Translations under genes and position numbers: made by a program
The notes under the pieces: model-generated
Told to the model about the DNA's origin: nothing
What the model saw: the letters and a program-made list of their open reading frames with translations, nothing else
The model's database searches: none
From: Gemmatimonadota bacterium
Lineage (GTDB): Bacteria; Gemmatimonadota; Gemmatimonadetes; Longimicrobiales; Gaopeijiaceae
Assembly: GCA_039589315.1 (NCBI GenBank)
Contig: JBDHHQ010000015.1
Span: 1 to 64,000 of the forward strand
Length of the DNA stretch: 64,000 nt
Direction: 5' to 3'
Shown: one piece after another, positions 20,472 to 29,095 of the stretch
Layout: each line of letters begins with the position of its first letter
How positions within the stretch are numbered: the stretch's first letter is position 1

Positions 20472-20894
20472 TCAGTCGGGGAAGACGAACTCTCGGGCCA
20501 CCTCCGGCGTGGCCGGTCCTCCCGTGAGCAGCTCGATCAGCGCCTCCATCTCGTCGGCCGCCTCCCGCAGGCGCTCCGACACGGAGTACGCGTGTGCGAA
20601 CTCGAAGTAGGCGGAGACGGCGCCCTCGTCCGCGGGGTGGGTGGCCGCCACGGCCGTTTGCATCTCGCTTCGGAGGCAGACGACGATGGCCTCGACGGCC
20701 ATCTGAACCGAGCGGAGCTCGTGCAGCGTGTCGATGGTGAGGTCCCCCACCAACCGTGGGAGCAACGCAGCAACTGTGGCGTGGGCTTCCGGGGGAGCGG
20801 CCACGGGGTGGTGTTCCTCGTCACCGTGGTCCAGGAGCGCACGTGCGCCGTGCCGCAACGCGCTCAACTCCTCGTAGTTGCACCGGAGGATCAT
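20472..20894 (-). CDS. Hypothetical alpha-helical protein
   Basis: ATG preceded by AAGGGGG; coding-like codon usage; fills the gap between DUF6941-like gene and sigma. Confidence 0.75.
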   Translation of the reverse strand: MILRCNYEELSALRHGARALLDHGDEEHHPVAAPPEAHATVAALLPRLVGDLTIDTLHELRSVQMAVEAIVVCLRSEMQTAVAATHPADEGAVSAYFEFAHAYSVSERLREAADEMEALIELLTGGPATPEVAREFVFPD

Positions 20895-21011
20895 GATCCC
20901 CCCTTCTACCGGACCCCACGCAGAGACGGCGGAGCGCCGCCTCCCTATCTATACCTACTAATCAGTCGCAGAGATTGTTTCTGCAAGGGCGATGCCGCTC
21001 GGGCCCGCGGG

Positions 21012-21428
21012 TCAGGCCTGGGCCCCCTTGGACCCGGCCGCTGAGACCATCAGCGGAATGGACACGTGGTGCTCCCCGTCTACCCGCACCTCGAACGTAT
21101 ACTGCCCGGGCCGTGGAAACACGAGCCCGTCGAGGTTGATGATGTGCGGGACACGGATCACCCCTCCGGCGGCCATGGGCCCCGGATCGAGCTTCATCTC
21201 ACCGTTCAGGCGCACCATCTCGCTCCCGTCCGGTGACAGGAGTTGGATCTCGGCCCGATGCCCACCCGCCTCCTGCAGCCCTGCCGAGAAGCGGAGAATG
21301 AGAGTTACGCGACCATGTTTCACCGGGAAGGTCCGGGCCGCCAATCGATCGAACACGCCCAGGATGTTGAGCTTCCCCGACGCGTCGATGGTGGCCGCGT
21401 CCGCCAGCAGCGCCAGATCGATTTCCAT
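21012..21428 (-). CDS. DUF6941-like protein
   Basis: LALLADAATIDASGKLNILGVFD...FPRPGQY pattern. Confidence 0.75.
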   Translation of the reverse strand: MEIDLALLADAATIDASGKLNILGVFDRLAARTFPVKHGRVTLILRFSAGLQEAGGHRAEIQLLSPDGSEMVRLNGEMKLDPGPMAAGGVIRVPHIINLDGLVFPRPGQYTFEVRVDGEHHVSIPLMVSAAGSKGAQA

Positions 21429-21440
21429 GGTTGCCCCTCG

Positions 21441-22295
21441 TCAGCGGTGGCCGTCGGAGCCGGCGGGTCCCAGCAGCCGGTCACCCAGGAACAGACCGCC
21501 GAGGATGTCGATCCCCGCGTGGGCCAGCATTGCCGGCCACAGGCTGCCCGTGATCAAGAACGAGACGCCGAGGGCGAGCCCCAGCACGTAGCTCCGTACG
21601 ACGCCCACGCCCCCCTGGTACACGTGCACCAGGCCAAAGGGTACGCACGTGATGGCCAGGGCCAAGAGATCGGACCCGACCAGTCGCGAAACCGTCGGGA
21701 CCGCATAGCCTCGAAACGCCAACTCCTCCCCGACGCCGGCGCAAAGCGAGAGGAACAGGAAGACACCCTTCTCGCCTGCGGTCCGCGGCAGCAGCTCGCG
21801 GAGCACCGGACTCTCGCGCACCCGGAGGGCCCGGCCGCCCCAGTAGAACACCAACAGGATCGCCAACGCCAGGCCAATGAGGCCCACTGTCCACAGCGAC
21901 AACGTAACCCCGTCCACACTCCCCAGACCCATGGTCTCCACCCCCAGCCCACGCAGGCCCAGCAGTAGCGCCACGGACCCCAGCACAAGGATGGACCCCG
22001 CGGATCCCACATAGGCCGGGATCCGGGCGACCACCACCGATTCCAGGAGCGGGAGCTGGGCGAAGGAGAGCGCCGGGAGAGCCACACAAAGGAACATCAG
22101 GTAGACGGAGTCCAGGAATCCGAGCGGAGTCAGGAAGAACGCCGCAACGGACAGAAGGACCGACGCGCCTACGCCCGTCCACCCCATGTTGCGGGCTCTG
22201 TGCGGGCCAGCCGGCGGAACGGCGATGTCTTCGGGAGATTGCGGGTGCCCGTCTGGTGCAGAGGGTCCGAAACTCGGGTCCTGGGGGCCGGACAA
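21441..22295 (-). CDS. CPBP (CAAX/Abi) intramembrane metalloprotease
   Basis: AGVGEELAFRGY, FGLVHVYQG, AMLAHAGID; multiple TMs. Start uncertain. Confidence 0.88.
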   Translation of the reverse strand: MSGPQDPSFGPSAPDGHPQSPEDIAVPPAGPHRARNMGWTGVGASVLLSVAAFFLTPLGFLDSVYLMFLCVALPALSFAQLPLLESVVVARIPAYVGSAGSILVLGSVALLLGLRGLGVETMGLGSVDGVTLSLWTVGLIGLALAILLVFYWGGRALRVRESPVLRELLPRTAGEKGVFLFLSLCAGVGEELAFRGYAVPTVSRLVGSDLLALAITCVPFGLVHVYQGGVGVVRSYVLGLALGVSFLITGSLWPAMLAHAGIDILGGLFLGDRLLGPAGSDGHR

Positions 22296-22304
22296 GAGGC
22301 CCGA

Positions 22305-23063
22305 TCAGCGCCGCGCGGCGCCGGTCGTGTCGGCAGCCGCCGATGCCGAGTCGGCCACCACGGTCGATCGCTCCGGCCGGAGCCCGGGTGGCTGATCCTG
22401 GAACGTCTCCTGGAACCACGCGATGTACGCCGCCTGCTCTTCCGGACGCTCCTCCCGCCAGCGGGCGAGGGCCTCGGGGAACTCGTCCGGCCGGGACGTG
22501 AGGATAAAGGCGTCCAGGTAGCCGCTCTCCGTCGCGTAGATGAGCTCCTCGAGGGGCAGGTGCGGCGCCGCGTCGAATGTGGTGCGGCCGTACAACCAGA
22601 CGTCGGAGACGCGGGATAGAATGGCCCGCTCCAGCTCGAAGCCCTCCAGCTCCTGTGCGCCAGGTAGCCACTCGTCCAGGCGGCCCATCCTCTTCATGAG
22701 GTGAAGGTGGGCGTAGATCATGTAGGGCGTCCGCGCGTCGGCGGAACGACCCTGGACGCTGACCTTGGCCGTATCCGCCACCAGCTCGAGCTCCTCCCAC
22801 GGGTAGACGATGTCCACCTGATAGATCGTCATGATCATGAACGTGGGATCTTCCTGGATGTTTTCCATCTCGGCCCTGACCCACTCGTCCACGAGGCCCA
22901 TCCGCTCGGGAGCGGCTGTCAGGCGCGCACCGGAGTAGATGACGATGGTCCGGGGCGAGGACGAAGCCGTCTGAGTCGCGCACGCCGACAGACCGAGCAC
23001 CACGAGCGCGCCCGCTCCTACCAGGCCGCGACGGATCCTGCCGTACCAAACGCGCGCTTGCAT
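22305..23063 (-). CDS. Hypothetical lipoprotein
   Basis: Signal peptide with lipobox LSAC; coding-like codon usage; co-oriented with the CPBP gene. Confidence 0.75.
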   Translation of the reverse strand: MQARVWYGRIRRGLVGAGALVVLGLSACATQTASSSPRTIVIYSGARLTAAPERMGLVDEWVRAEMENIQEDPTFMIMTIYQVDIVYPWEELELVADTAKVSVQGRSADARTPYMIYAHLHLMKRMGRLDEWLPGAQELEGFELERAILSRVSDVWLYGRTTFDAAPHLPLEELIYATESGYLDAFILTSRPDEFPEALARWREERPEEQAAYIAWFQETFQDQPPGLRPERSTVVADSASAAADTTGAARR

Positions 23064-23230
23064 TCCTGTGAGTTCTCCGCTTGACACCATTTGAATCGGC
23101 TCGTCACCCCGACGCCGTCGCGGTACGCGTCGCGCGACGAAGATCGAATTGTCTTGACACTCGTGGCGCCGAGACCGGAATTGAACATACCGACGCCAAT
23201 CCATCCAGGCATACTCGGAGACCACGCACT

Positions 23231-23797
23231 GTGATCCCCGGAAGCACCAACGAGCCCAGGGAGTTCCACCCTCCCCGCACCCTGACCCCCGAGCAGCTGG
23301 GGGATGACATCGCGAGGCTGGTCTGGGAGAGCTTCTCCGACTTCATCACCGAGGGCAACGCCGAGACTCTCCTGGGCGAGATGGGGGTGAGCGTCGAAGG
23401 CGGCATCCCAGCCGAGCACGCCGCCGAGGAGATGTTGATCTTCTTCCTGTGGGCGCATACGCGCGGAGTGCAGCAAGCCTTTCTGAGCCGCACGCCCGAC
23501 GACCTGGTCCGCCAGGGGCTGGATCATCTGCACGCAGCGGTCTTCGAGGACATGGTCTCCCACGGGACGCCCGCGGCCCAACTGCCCATCTTCGAGCAGC
23601 GCGTCAGTGCCCGCTACAGCGAGTACTACCACGCCGCAGAGTCGTCGGACCTGGCGGTCGGTACCGCCGTCATACGACACCTCACCCGAAGGCCGGCCCG
23701 TCCGGATGCCTTGGCCCGGGCCCTCGCCGACCAAGCCATCTCCGTGGCCCATCCCTTGAGGGACTTCCTGGAGGACGTCGACCTGGTCCTCGCCTAG
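23231..23797 (+). CDS. Hypothetical protein
   Basis: GGAG RBS before GTG; helical protein-like sequence with high GC3. Confidence 0.7.
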   Translation: MIPGSTNEPREFHPPRTLTPEQLGDDIARLVWESFSDFITEGNAETLLGEMGVSVEGGIPAEHAAEEMLIFFLWAHTRGVQQAFLSRTPDDLVRQGLDHLHAAVFEDMVSHGTPAAQLPIFEQRVSARYSEYYHAAESSDLAVGTAVIRHLTRRPARPDALARALADQAISVAHPLRDFLEDVDLVLA

Positions 23798-23834
23798 GGT
23801 TCTGGGCAGGCCACGCCCCTGGCCCTGCGGGCGT

Positions 23835-24041
23835 TCAAGCAGGCGGTGGCGTGACGCGGTCGGAGCGCTCGATCCACTTCATGAACTCGAAGGGACTCCG
23901 GCAGCCCTTGCACCAGTAGGTCGACACGGAAAGCTGGGACCCGAACGCGTTCATGAGCTCCGTGTCGTTTCGGGCGCAGAACGGGCACTCCGGCGATTCC
24001 GGCAGGCGACCCCTCGGCATGGGCGCCGACGATTCGGACAT
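23835..24041 (-). CDS. Stand-alone PaaD-like zinc-ribbon protein
   Basis: CPFC...NAFGSQLSVSTYWCKGCRSPFEFMK, matching the PaaD C-terminal domain. Confidence 0.8.
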   Translation of the reverse strand: MSESSAPMPRGRLPESPECPFCARNDTELMNAFGSQLSVSTYWCKGCRSPFEFMKWIERSDRVTPPPA

Positions 24042-24045
24042 CCCG

Positions 24046-24843
24046 CTACTCCACGAGCAAGGTGCGGTTCAGGTCTCCCCGCGCCCGGGCCACGCTCTCG
24101 TCGTCGGGGGCGCCCTTGCCCCGTCCCCTGGCCGCGTCCCACCCGGACCGATCCGCCTTGACGGAGCCCACATCGATGCCGACGAGCTCCAGGAGGGGAC
24201 CCACCGTGGCCTCGAACCGGGCTCTGATTTCGGGAGAGGGCTCCATGATCCCCTCGGACGACAGCAGGCCCGCCACATCGTCCGCCGGCGCCAGCCAGGC
24301 CAGCGTGGTGGGCAGGTAGGCGTCACAAGCCGCCTTCAAGCGCTCCCGCGCCTCGCCCGAGCCCTGCGCGAGTCGACGGCACCATGCCGCACCCAGATCG
24401 GCATGGAACTCCTCCTCGGCCAGCATCTTGGGCACGCGGGTGCGCGCCGGGTCGAACGTCCCCTGCGCGAACGACTCGAGGGCCACGGAGATCGCGCCGT
24501 CGACCACGACGATGCCAGCGACCACCGCCGCCCAATCGGGAAACGGCTGATCAAGCGCGTCGACCGAAGCGTAGGCGTCCGCTGGCCGATCGTGCTCCAC
24601 GACTGCGGGGTCCACGCCGAAATCCTTGAGCATGGCGTAGAGGAGCCGTGCGTGCCCCCACTCGTCCTGGCTCATGGAAGACGCGGCGATGCCCGTCTCG
24701 ATGGACGGAGCCCCCAGAAGCCAATCGGAGTAGCGGATTCCCATCAAGCGCTTGCTGTCGGCAAGGGATTGAATGGCCCTCTGGAGCCCCTGCCGGGCCT
24801 CGGTCGAGAGATCGGCGGCCTTTACCGTCGTCGCTGCGCTCAT
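24046..24843 (-). CDS. PaaC-like ferritin-fold oxygenase subunit
   Basis: LADSKRLMGIRYSDW..GAPSIE, QDEWGHAR, EEEFH; ATG overlaps the paaB-like stop. Confidence 0.85.
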   Translation of the reverse strand: MSAATTVKAADLSTEARQGLQRAIQSLADSKRLMGIRYSDWLLGAPSIETGIAASSMSQDEWGHARLLYAMLKDFGVDPAVVEHDRPADAYASVDALDQPFPDWAAVVAGIVVVDGAISVALESFAQGTFDPARTRVPKMLAEEEFHADLGAAWCRRLAQGSGEARERLKAACDAYLPTTLAWLAPADDVAGLLSSEGIMEPSPEIRARFEATVGPLLELVGIDVGSVKADRSGWDAARGRGKGAPDDESVARARGDLNRTLLVE

Positions 24844-25067
24844 GGCTGGACTCCTCGCGCCTGGCGGGCCCAGGGCCCGTCGTCCCGGTTCACCCCGATG
24901 ATCGCTCTCCTGGGGACCACACACATCTCGAACCACTTCTCTTCGTCGTAGGTCTTCCACGCGTACACACGGGCGAGCTCATCGTCCAGCGCGTCCAGGT
25001 ATCCGATGTGCCTGAGAGCGTCGCCCCGATTCTTGCGGGCGAAGACGTCGTAGATCTGCTCGTTCAT
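24840..25067 (-). CDS. PaaB-like oxygenase subunit
   Basis: YDVFAR...LRHIGYLDALDDELARVYAWKTYDE...VVPRRAI. Confidence 0.82.
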   Translation of the reverse strand: MNEQIYDVFARKNRGDALRHIGYLDALDDELARVYAWKTYDEEKWFEMCVVPRRAIIGVNRDDGPWARQARGVQP

Positions 25068-25118
25068 TCGCTTCTTCCTCCGGCCGTCGAAACCGGCGGC
25101 GGTGACGTTGGCGACTGG

Positions 25119-25541
25119 CTAGACGCCGACGCCGAGCTGCCGGAGCTTCTCGCGGCCCTCTCGCGTTATGCGCTTGTTCGTCCACGGCGGGTCCCAGACC
25201 TCCGTGATCTCGACCCGGCGCAGCCACGACTCCCGGAGGAGGCGGTCGGTAATGTCATCCCGGATGTACTCCATGCACGGACACGCCGTGGCGGTGAACG
25301 TGATGGTCACCGCGGCTACTTCGTCCCGGACCGCAACGGCGTAGACGAGTCCGAGGTCCACCAGGGATATGGGGATCTCCGGATCCAGGACCTCCCGCAG
25401 ACACGCCCACGTGGCGGCCACGGGATCCGGGGGAGGGACCGGGAGAGGGTTCGACCATGTGTCGCGACCACCGCTGACGTGGGACCGGACGTCGGCGGGA
25501 ATCCCCTCACCGGGCCGAACCTGAAACGTCGGCAGCTCCAT
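25119..25541 (-). CDS. PaaD/DUF59 metal-sulfur cluster assembly-like protein
   Basis: LREVLDPEIPISLVDLGLVY, TFTATACP, WDPPWT..ITREGREKL. Confidence 0.87.
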   Translation of the reverse strand: MELPTFQVRPGEGIPADVRSHVSGGRDTWSNPLPVPPPDPVAATWACLREVLDPEIPISLVDLGLVYAVAVRDEVAAVTITFTATACPCMEYIRDDITDRLLRESWLRRVEITEVWDPPWTNKRITREGREKLRQLGVGV

Positions 25542-25552
25542 GATCCCCTTCA

Positions 25553-26491
25553 CTAGTTCAGCCAGGCCTCGACCTGGCCCCGCGATCTGCGCACCGATTC
25601 CACATAGATCTCGTTCATGGGGCCCCGCCTCTTCCAGCGTTCGAAGACCTGGTCCCAGGTGATCACCCCATCGCCGAACAGCCAGCGCTTCTCCTCCTGG
25701 TCGTACTGGCAGGGGAAGGGGTAGTCCAGCACGCAAGACCTCGAGGCCTCGTCGTAGTGAGCCGGCACGTCGATGCCTATGGACTCGCAAAGGGGGATGG
25801 CGGTGGACAACCACGTCTGTCTGAGCTGGTCGTTCGTCTTGCCCTTGAGCTTGAAGTCCAGCTGACCGCTGTGTCGCTTGAGCTCGTCGGGCAGCCCGAA
25901 CCACTCCACCGTCATCGGGAACATCCAGTCAACGGCCCGTTGTAGCGTGGCCTTCCGCTCGCCACCCGCCTTGGCCAGCCGACGCATCCAGACCTCACCG
26001 TGGCGGAGGTGGAAGGTCTCCTCCATGCCCACCTTGACGAGTGCGCGCTTCAGCGGTCCGTAGGACGTGTTCTCGTGGACGTCACTCAGGAGCGTGATCC
26101 CCGCGCGATCAAAGAAGCCGGTCCCGACCACGAGCTCCGCCCAGTTGTCGAGGGGCTGATCGAAGCCGTACGGGTGCTTGAACTTGTGAGGCTCACGCTC
26201 GTAAACGAGCTTCTCCTTGGACTCGCCCAGGTCCTCCAGTAGCCGGTACGCGATGTTGGCGTGGGCCAGCTCGTCCTGGATGATGGCGTGAGCGCTGACC
26301 TGAGTGTTCGCAGAAGGAGCGTAGCGGGCAGCCATCCAGTACGAGGGAGCGCTCATGAGCTCCGTGTCCGCCTGGACCGTCAGCTGCACGACGAGGGCCT
26401 TGCGATACCCCTCCGACATCTCCTCGGGGGACTCGACGATATAGCCGTCCTGGACCTTCGCCTTCAGCTCGTCATCGGTGAACGGACGCAT
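25553..26491 (-). CDS. PaaA-like di-iron oxygenase catalytic subunit
   Basis: YRKALVVQL..QADTE, APS, QDELAH, FFDRAG, SYGPL, EETFH, KGKTNDQLRQ. Confidence 0.88.
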   Translation of the reverse strand: MRPFTDDELKAKVQDGYIVESPEEMSEGYRKALVVQLTVQADTELMSAPSYWMAARYAPSANTQVSAHAIIQDELAHANIAYRLLEDLGESKEKLVYEREPHKFKHPYGFDQPLDNWAELVVGTGFFDRAGITLLSDVHENTSYGPLKRALVKVGMEETFHLRHGEVWMRRLAKAGGERKATLQRAVDWMFPMTVEWFGLPDELKRHSGQLDFKLKGKTNDQLRQTWLSTAIPLCESIGIDVPAHYDEASRSCVLDYPFPCQYDQEEKRWLFGDGVITWDQVFERWKRRGPMNEIYVESVRRSRGQVEAWLN

Positions 26492-26603
26492 CGCTTGCGT
26501 GACCTCCGGTCGGTCGGCGAGACAGCGACGGGTCGAAGGCCCCGCTGCCGCTCCGGGAGAGCGTGTAGCCCGGCCGGGGAACCGGCGGGCGGTGGCGTTT
26601 TCG

Positions 26604-26663
26604 TTCGAACGATCGTTCGAATACCCCGAAGGACAATGGTAACCCTTTTCGGGATACCGTCAA
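26604..26663 (-). promoter_or_regulatory. Sigma70-like promoter (TTGACG-16-TACCAT) with a downstream 18-bp perfect palindrome (TetR/PaaR-type operator)
   Basis: TTCGAACGATCGTTCGAA at 26604-26621; -10 at 26636-26641; -35 at 26658-26663. Confidence 0.72.
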
Positions 26664-26959
26664 AGACCGAGGGACGACCGGATCAGGGGGCTGATGCGCT
26701 CCGGTGTCCACGGCGGATCGAAGGTCAGCTGGACGTCAGCGTCATCCACCCCCTCGACACCGAGAATCGCCGACCGGGCCTCGTCCACGATCTGCCCCGC
26801 CACCGGGCACATGGGCGATGTGAGGGAGATCGTGGCGATGACGCTCTGATCTTCAACCTCGATGTCATAGACCAGCCCGAGAACCACGAGATCGAGTCCC
26901 AGCTCCGGGTCCTTCACGGTCTTCAGGGCGTTGCGAACGTCCTTCTCAGTCACTGCCAT
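26660..26959 (-). CDS. DUF59/SufT-like Fe-S cluster assembly factor
   Basis: ALKTVKDPELGLDLVVLGLVY, LTSPMCP, TFDPPWTPE. Confidence 0.9.
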   Translation of the reverse strand: MAVTEKDVRNALKTVKDPELGLDLVVLGLVYDIEVEDQSVIATISLTSPMCPVAGQIVDEARSAILGVEGVDDADVQLTFDPPWTPERISPLIRSSLGL

Positions 26960-27024
26960 GATCCGGATTCCCCGCCCCGGACCGGCCTCCCGAGGGAGAG
27001 TGGGTCGGGGCACGTCGTTGTTGA

Positions 27025-27756
27025 CTAGTGTTTTCGCAGAAACAGCACCGTTGTTTCGATCGGCTCGTCGCCGCGCGCTTTGCGGATGGCCTTGTGGACC
27101 ATCGACACGACCTCCCCTGCCGGCTTCCCGTGGAGAGAGGCCGCGAGGTCCGCCGCGCCCCGGAAGAGGCCGGCCGAAGCGCCGGTCAGGACCATGACCT
27201 CGTCGCCGGGGCCCAGCTCCAGCGACTCGGCACCGTACTGGAAGCCCGGGAGCATGCCCATGGGCGGGCCGTGGGAGGGCAGCTCGTCGAAGCTCCCGTC
27301 CCGGCGGAGGACGCCGCCCGAGAGCTGTCCGGCGCAAGCCCAATCGACAGCACCGTCACCCACGACCAAGACGCCGCAGGCGGTCGTCTGGCTCGCTTCG
27401 TCCAGCGCCGTGCTGGCCAGGGCGTCGTTCACGCTCGCCAGAACGTCGGCGAGCGACGTGTGCCGCTGCCCCTTCTCAATGAGAAAGGCCCTGGTTACCG
27501 CCAGGGCCAGGGGCGGGGGTGGGTGCGCACTCTGCACCTGGAGCGCACCCAGGGCTGTCCGGCCGTCAGCCAGGGTGAATCGGGTCCAGACAGTGGTCCC
27601 CGGCAGTGCCGGCTCCACCGCCGTACCACCGGCCAGGTCGAAGCCGTCGACACGCGGCGCGGTACGGGGAAGAAGCGCCTGGATCACCGGCGCCGCCGCC
27701 GGGGATGGCGTCTCGTCGGACTCGTTGAGCGCGAGGTCTGTCGGTGAATCCACCAT
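27025..27756 (-). CDS. SpoIIE/PP2C-fold protein lacking catalytic aspartates
   Basis: QALLP, WACAGQ, GPPMGMLPGFQY, LGPGDEVMVLT pattern of SpoIIE domains. Confidence 0.75.
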   Translation of the reverse strand: MVDSPTDLALNESDETPSPAAAPVIQALLPRTAPRVDGFDLAGGTAVEPALPGTTVWTRFTLADGRTALGALQVQSAHPPPPLALAVTRAFLIEKGQRHTSLADVLASVNDALASTALDEASQTTACGVLVVGDGAVDWACAGQLSGGVLRRDGSFDELPSHGPPMGMLPGFQYGAESLELGPGDEVMVLTGASAGLFRGAADLAASLHGKPAGEVVSMVHKAIRKARGDEPIETTVLFLRKH

Positions 27757-27928
27757 CACACGGGTGCCTGAGGAGTGCGGCTCGGACGGTTGAGAATGTA
27801 TGCCCACCGGGTCCGCGATAAAAGCGGGACCGGTAGGTGCTCCGCGGGCGCACCCGTGCTTGCCGTTTCCGCCGCCTCTCGGCGACATTGCCGGCGCTCG
27901 AGACGACGTCCTTCGATGGAGGATTACC

Positions 27929-29095
27929 CTGGTCCGCAAGATCGCCGTCAACACCGGAGGTGGAGACGCTCCAGGCCTGAACGCCGTCATCCGGGCCGTG
28001 GTGCTCTCGGCCCTCGATCACGGGTGGGAGGTCCAGGGAATCCGGCGGGGCTACGAAGGCCTGTTCAGCGACGACGGCATGGTGCCGTTGGATCGGTCGT
28101 CCGTACGCGGTGTCACCCACCTGGGCGGCACGATCCTGGGCACGACGAATCGGGGCAATCCGTTCGACTGGCCCGTCACCCGCGCCGACGGGTCCGTCGA
28201 GCTCGTGGACCGGTCGGACGACGTGCTGAGCCGGTTCGAGGAGCTGGGATTGGACGCGCTGATCGCCATCGGCGGCGACGGCTCCCTTCGGATCGCGTTG
28301 GACCTCGCCGAGCGCGGACTCCCGGTCGTGGGCGTGCCCAAGACCATCGACAACGACCTGGCGGCCACGAACTTCACGTTTGGGTTCCTCACTGCCGTGG
28401 ACGTGGCGACCGACGCCATCGACCGTCTGCACTCCACCGCGGAAGCGCATCGCCGCGTGATGATCGTGGAGCTCATGGGGCGCCACGCGGGGTGGATCGC
28501 GCTCTTCGCCGGGGTGGCGGGTACGGCCGACGTGATCCTGATCCCCGAGATCCCCTACGATCTGGATTCGATCTGCGGGAAGATCCAGGAGCGGTACGAG
28601 GACGGCCCCGGCTTCGCCATCGTGGTGGCTGCGGAAGGCGCTCGCCCCCGAGACGGCCAGGCCGTCTTCCAGGAGACCCAGGTGCCTGGCACGGCTGACC
28701 GCTACGGCGGCGTCGCCGAGCTCCTGGCCCATGAGATCGAGACGCGAACCGGCCGCGAGACCCGGTCCCTCGTGCTGGGGCATCTCCAACGTGGCGGGCA
28801 ACCGATCGCGTACGATCGGCTGCTGGCGCTCCGCTTCGGGTCCGCGGCCGTGGACCTGGTGGATCAGGGCGAGTTCGGCTGCATGGTCGCCCTGGATCCC
28901 CCCAATATCGTGCCCGTGCCCCTCCGGGACGCCGTTTCACAGCTGAAGTACGTGCCCCTGGACGGCGATATCGTCCACACGGCGCGCCACCTGGGTATCT
29001 GCCTGGGAGATGACGTCCCCAGTCACGCCCCCCCGACGCTACCGCGCCCGGAATCGCCGACGGCGGAGACCGGTCGACACGGGAGTGCACCATGA
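27929..29095 (+). CDS. pfkA: 6-phosphofructokinase (probably ATP-dependent), probable CTG start
   Basis: TGGGDAPGLNAVIR, GGTILGT, IGGDGS, PKTIDND, ELMGRHAG, LGHLQRGG; GGAGG RBS 6 nt before CTG. Confidence 0.93.
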   Translation: MVRKIAVNTGGGDAPGLNAVIRAVVLSALDHGWEVQGIRRGYEGLFSDDGMVPLDRSSVRGVTHLGGTILGTTNRGNPFDWPVTRADGSVELVDRSDDVLSRFEELGLDALIAIGGDGSLRIALDLAERGLPVVGVPKTIDNDLAATNFTFGFLTAVDVATDAIDRLHSTAEAHRRVMIVELMGRHAGWIALFAGVAGTADVILIPEIPYDLDSICGKIQERYEDGPGFAIVVAAEGARPRDGQAVFQETQVPGTADRYGGVAELLAHEIETRTGRETRSLVLGHLQRGGQPIAYDRLLALRFGSAAVDLVDQGEFGCMVALDPPNIVPVPLRDAVSQLKYVPLDGDIVHTARHLGICLGDDVPSHAPPTLPRPESPTAETGRHGSAP

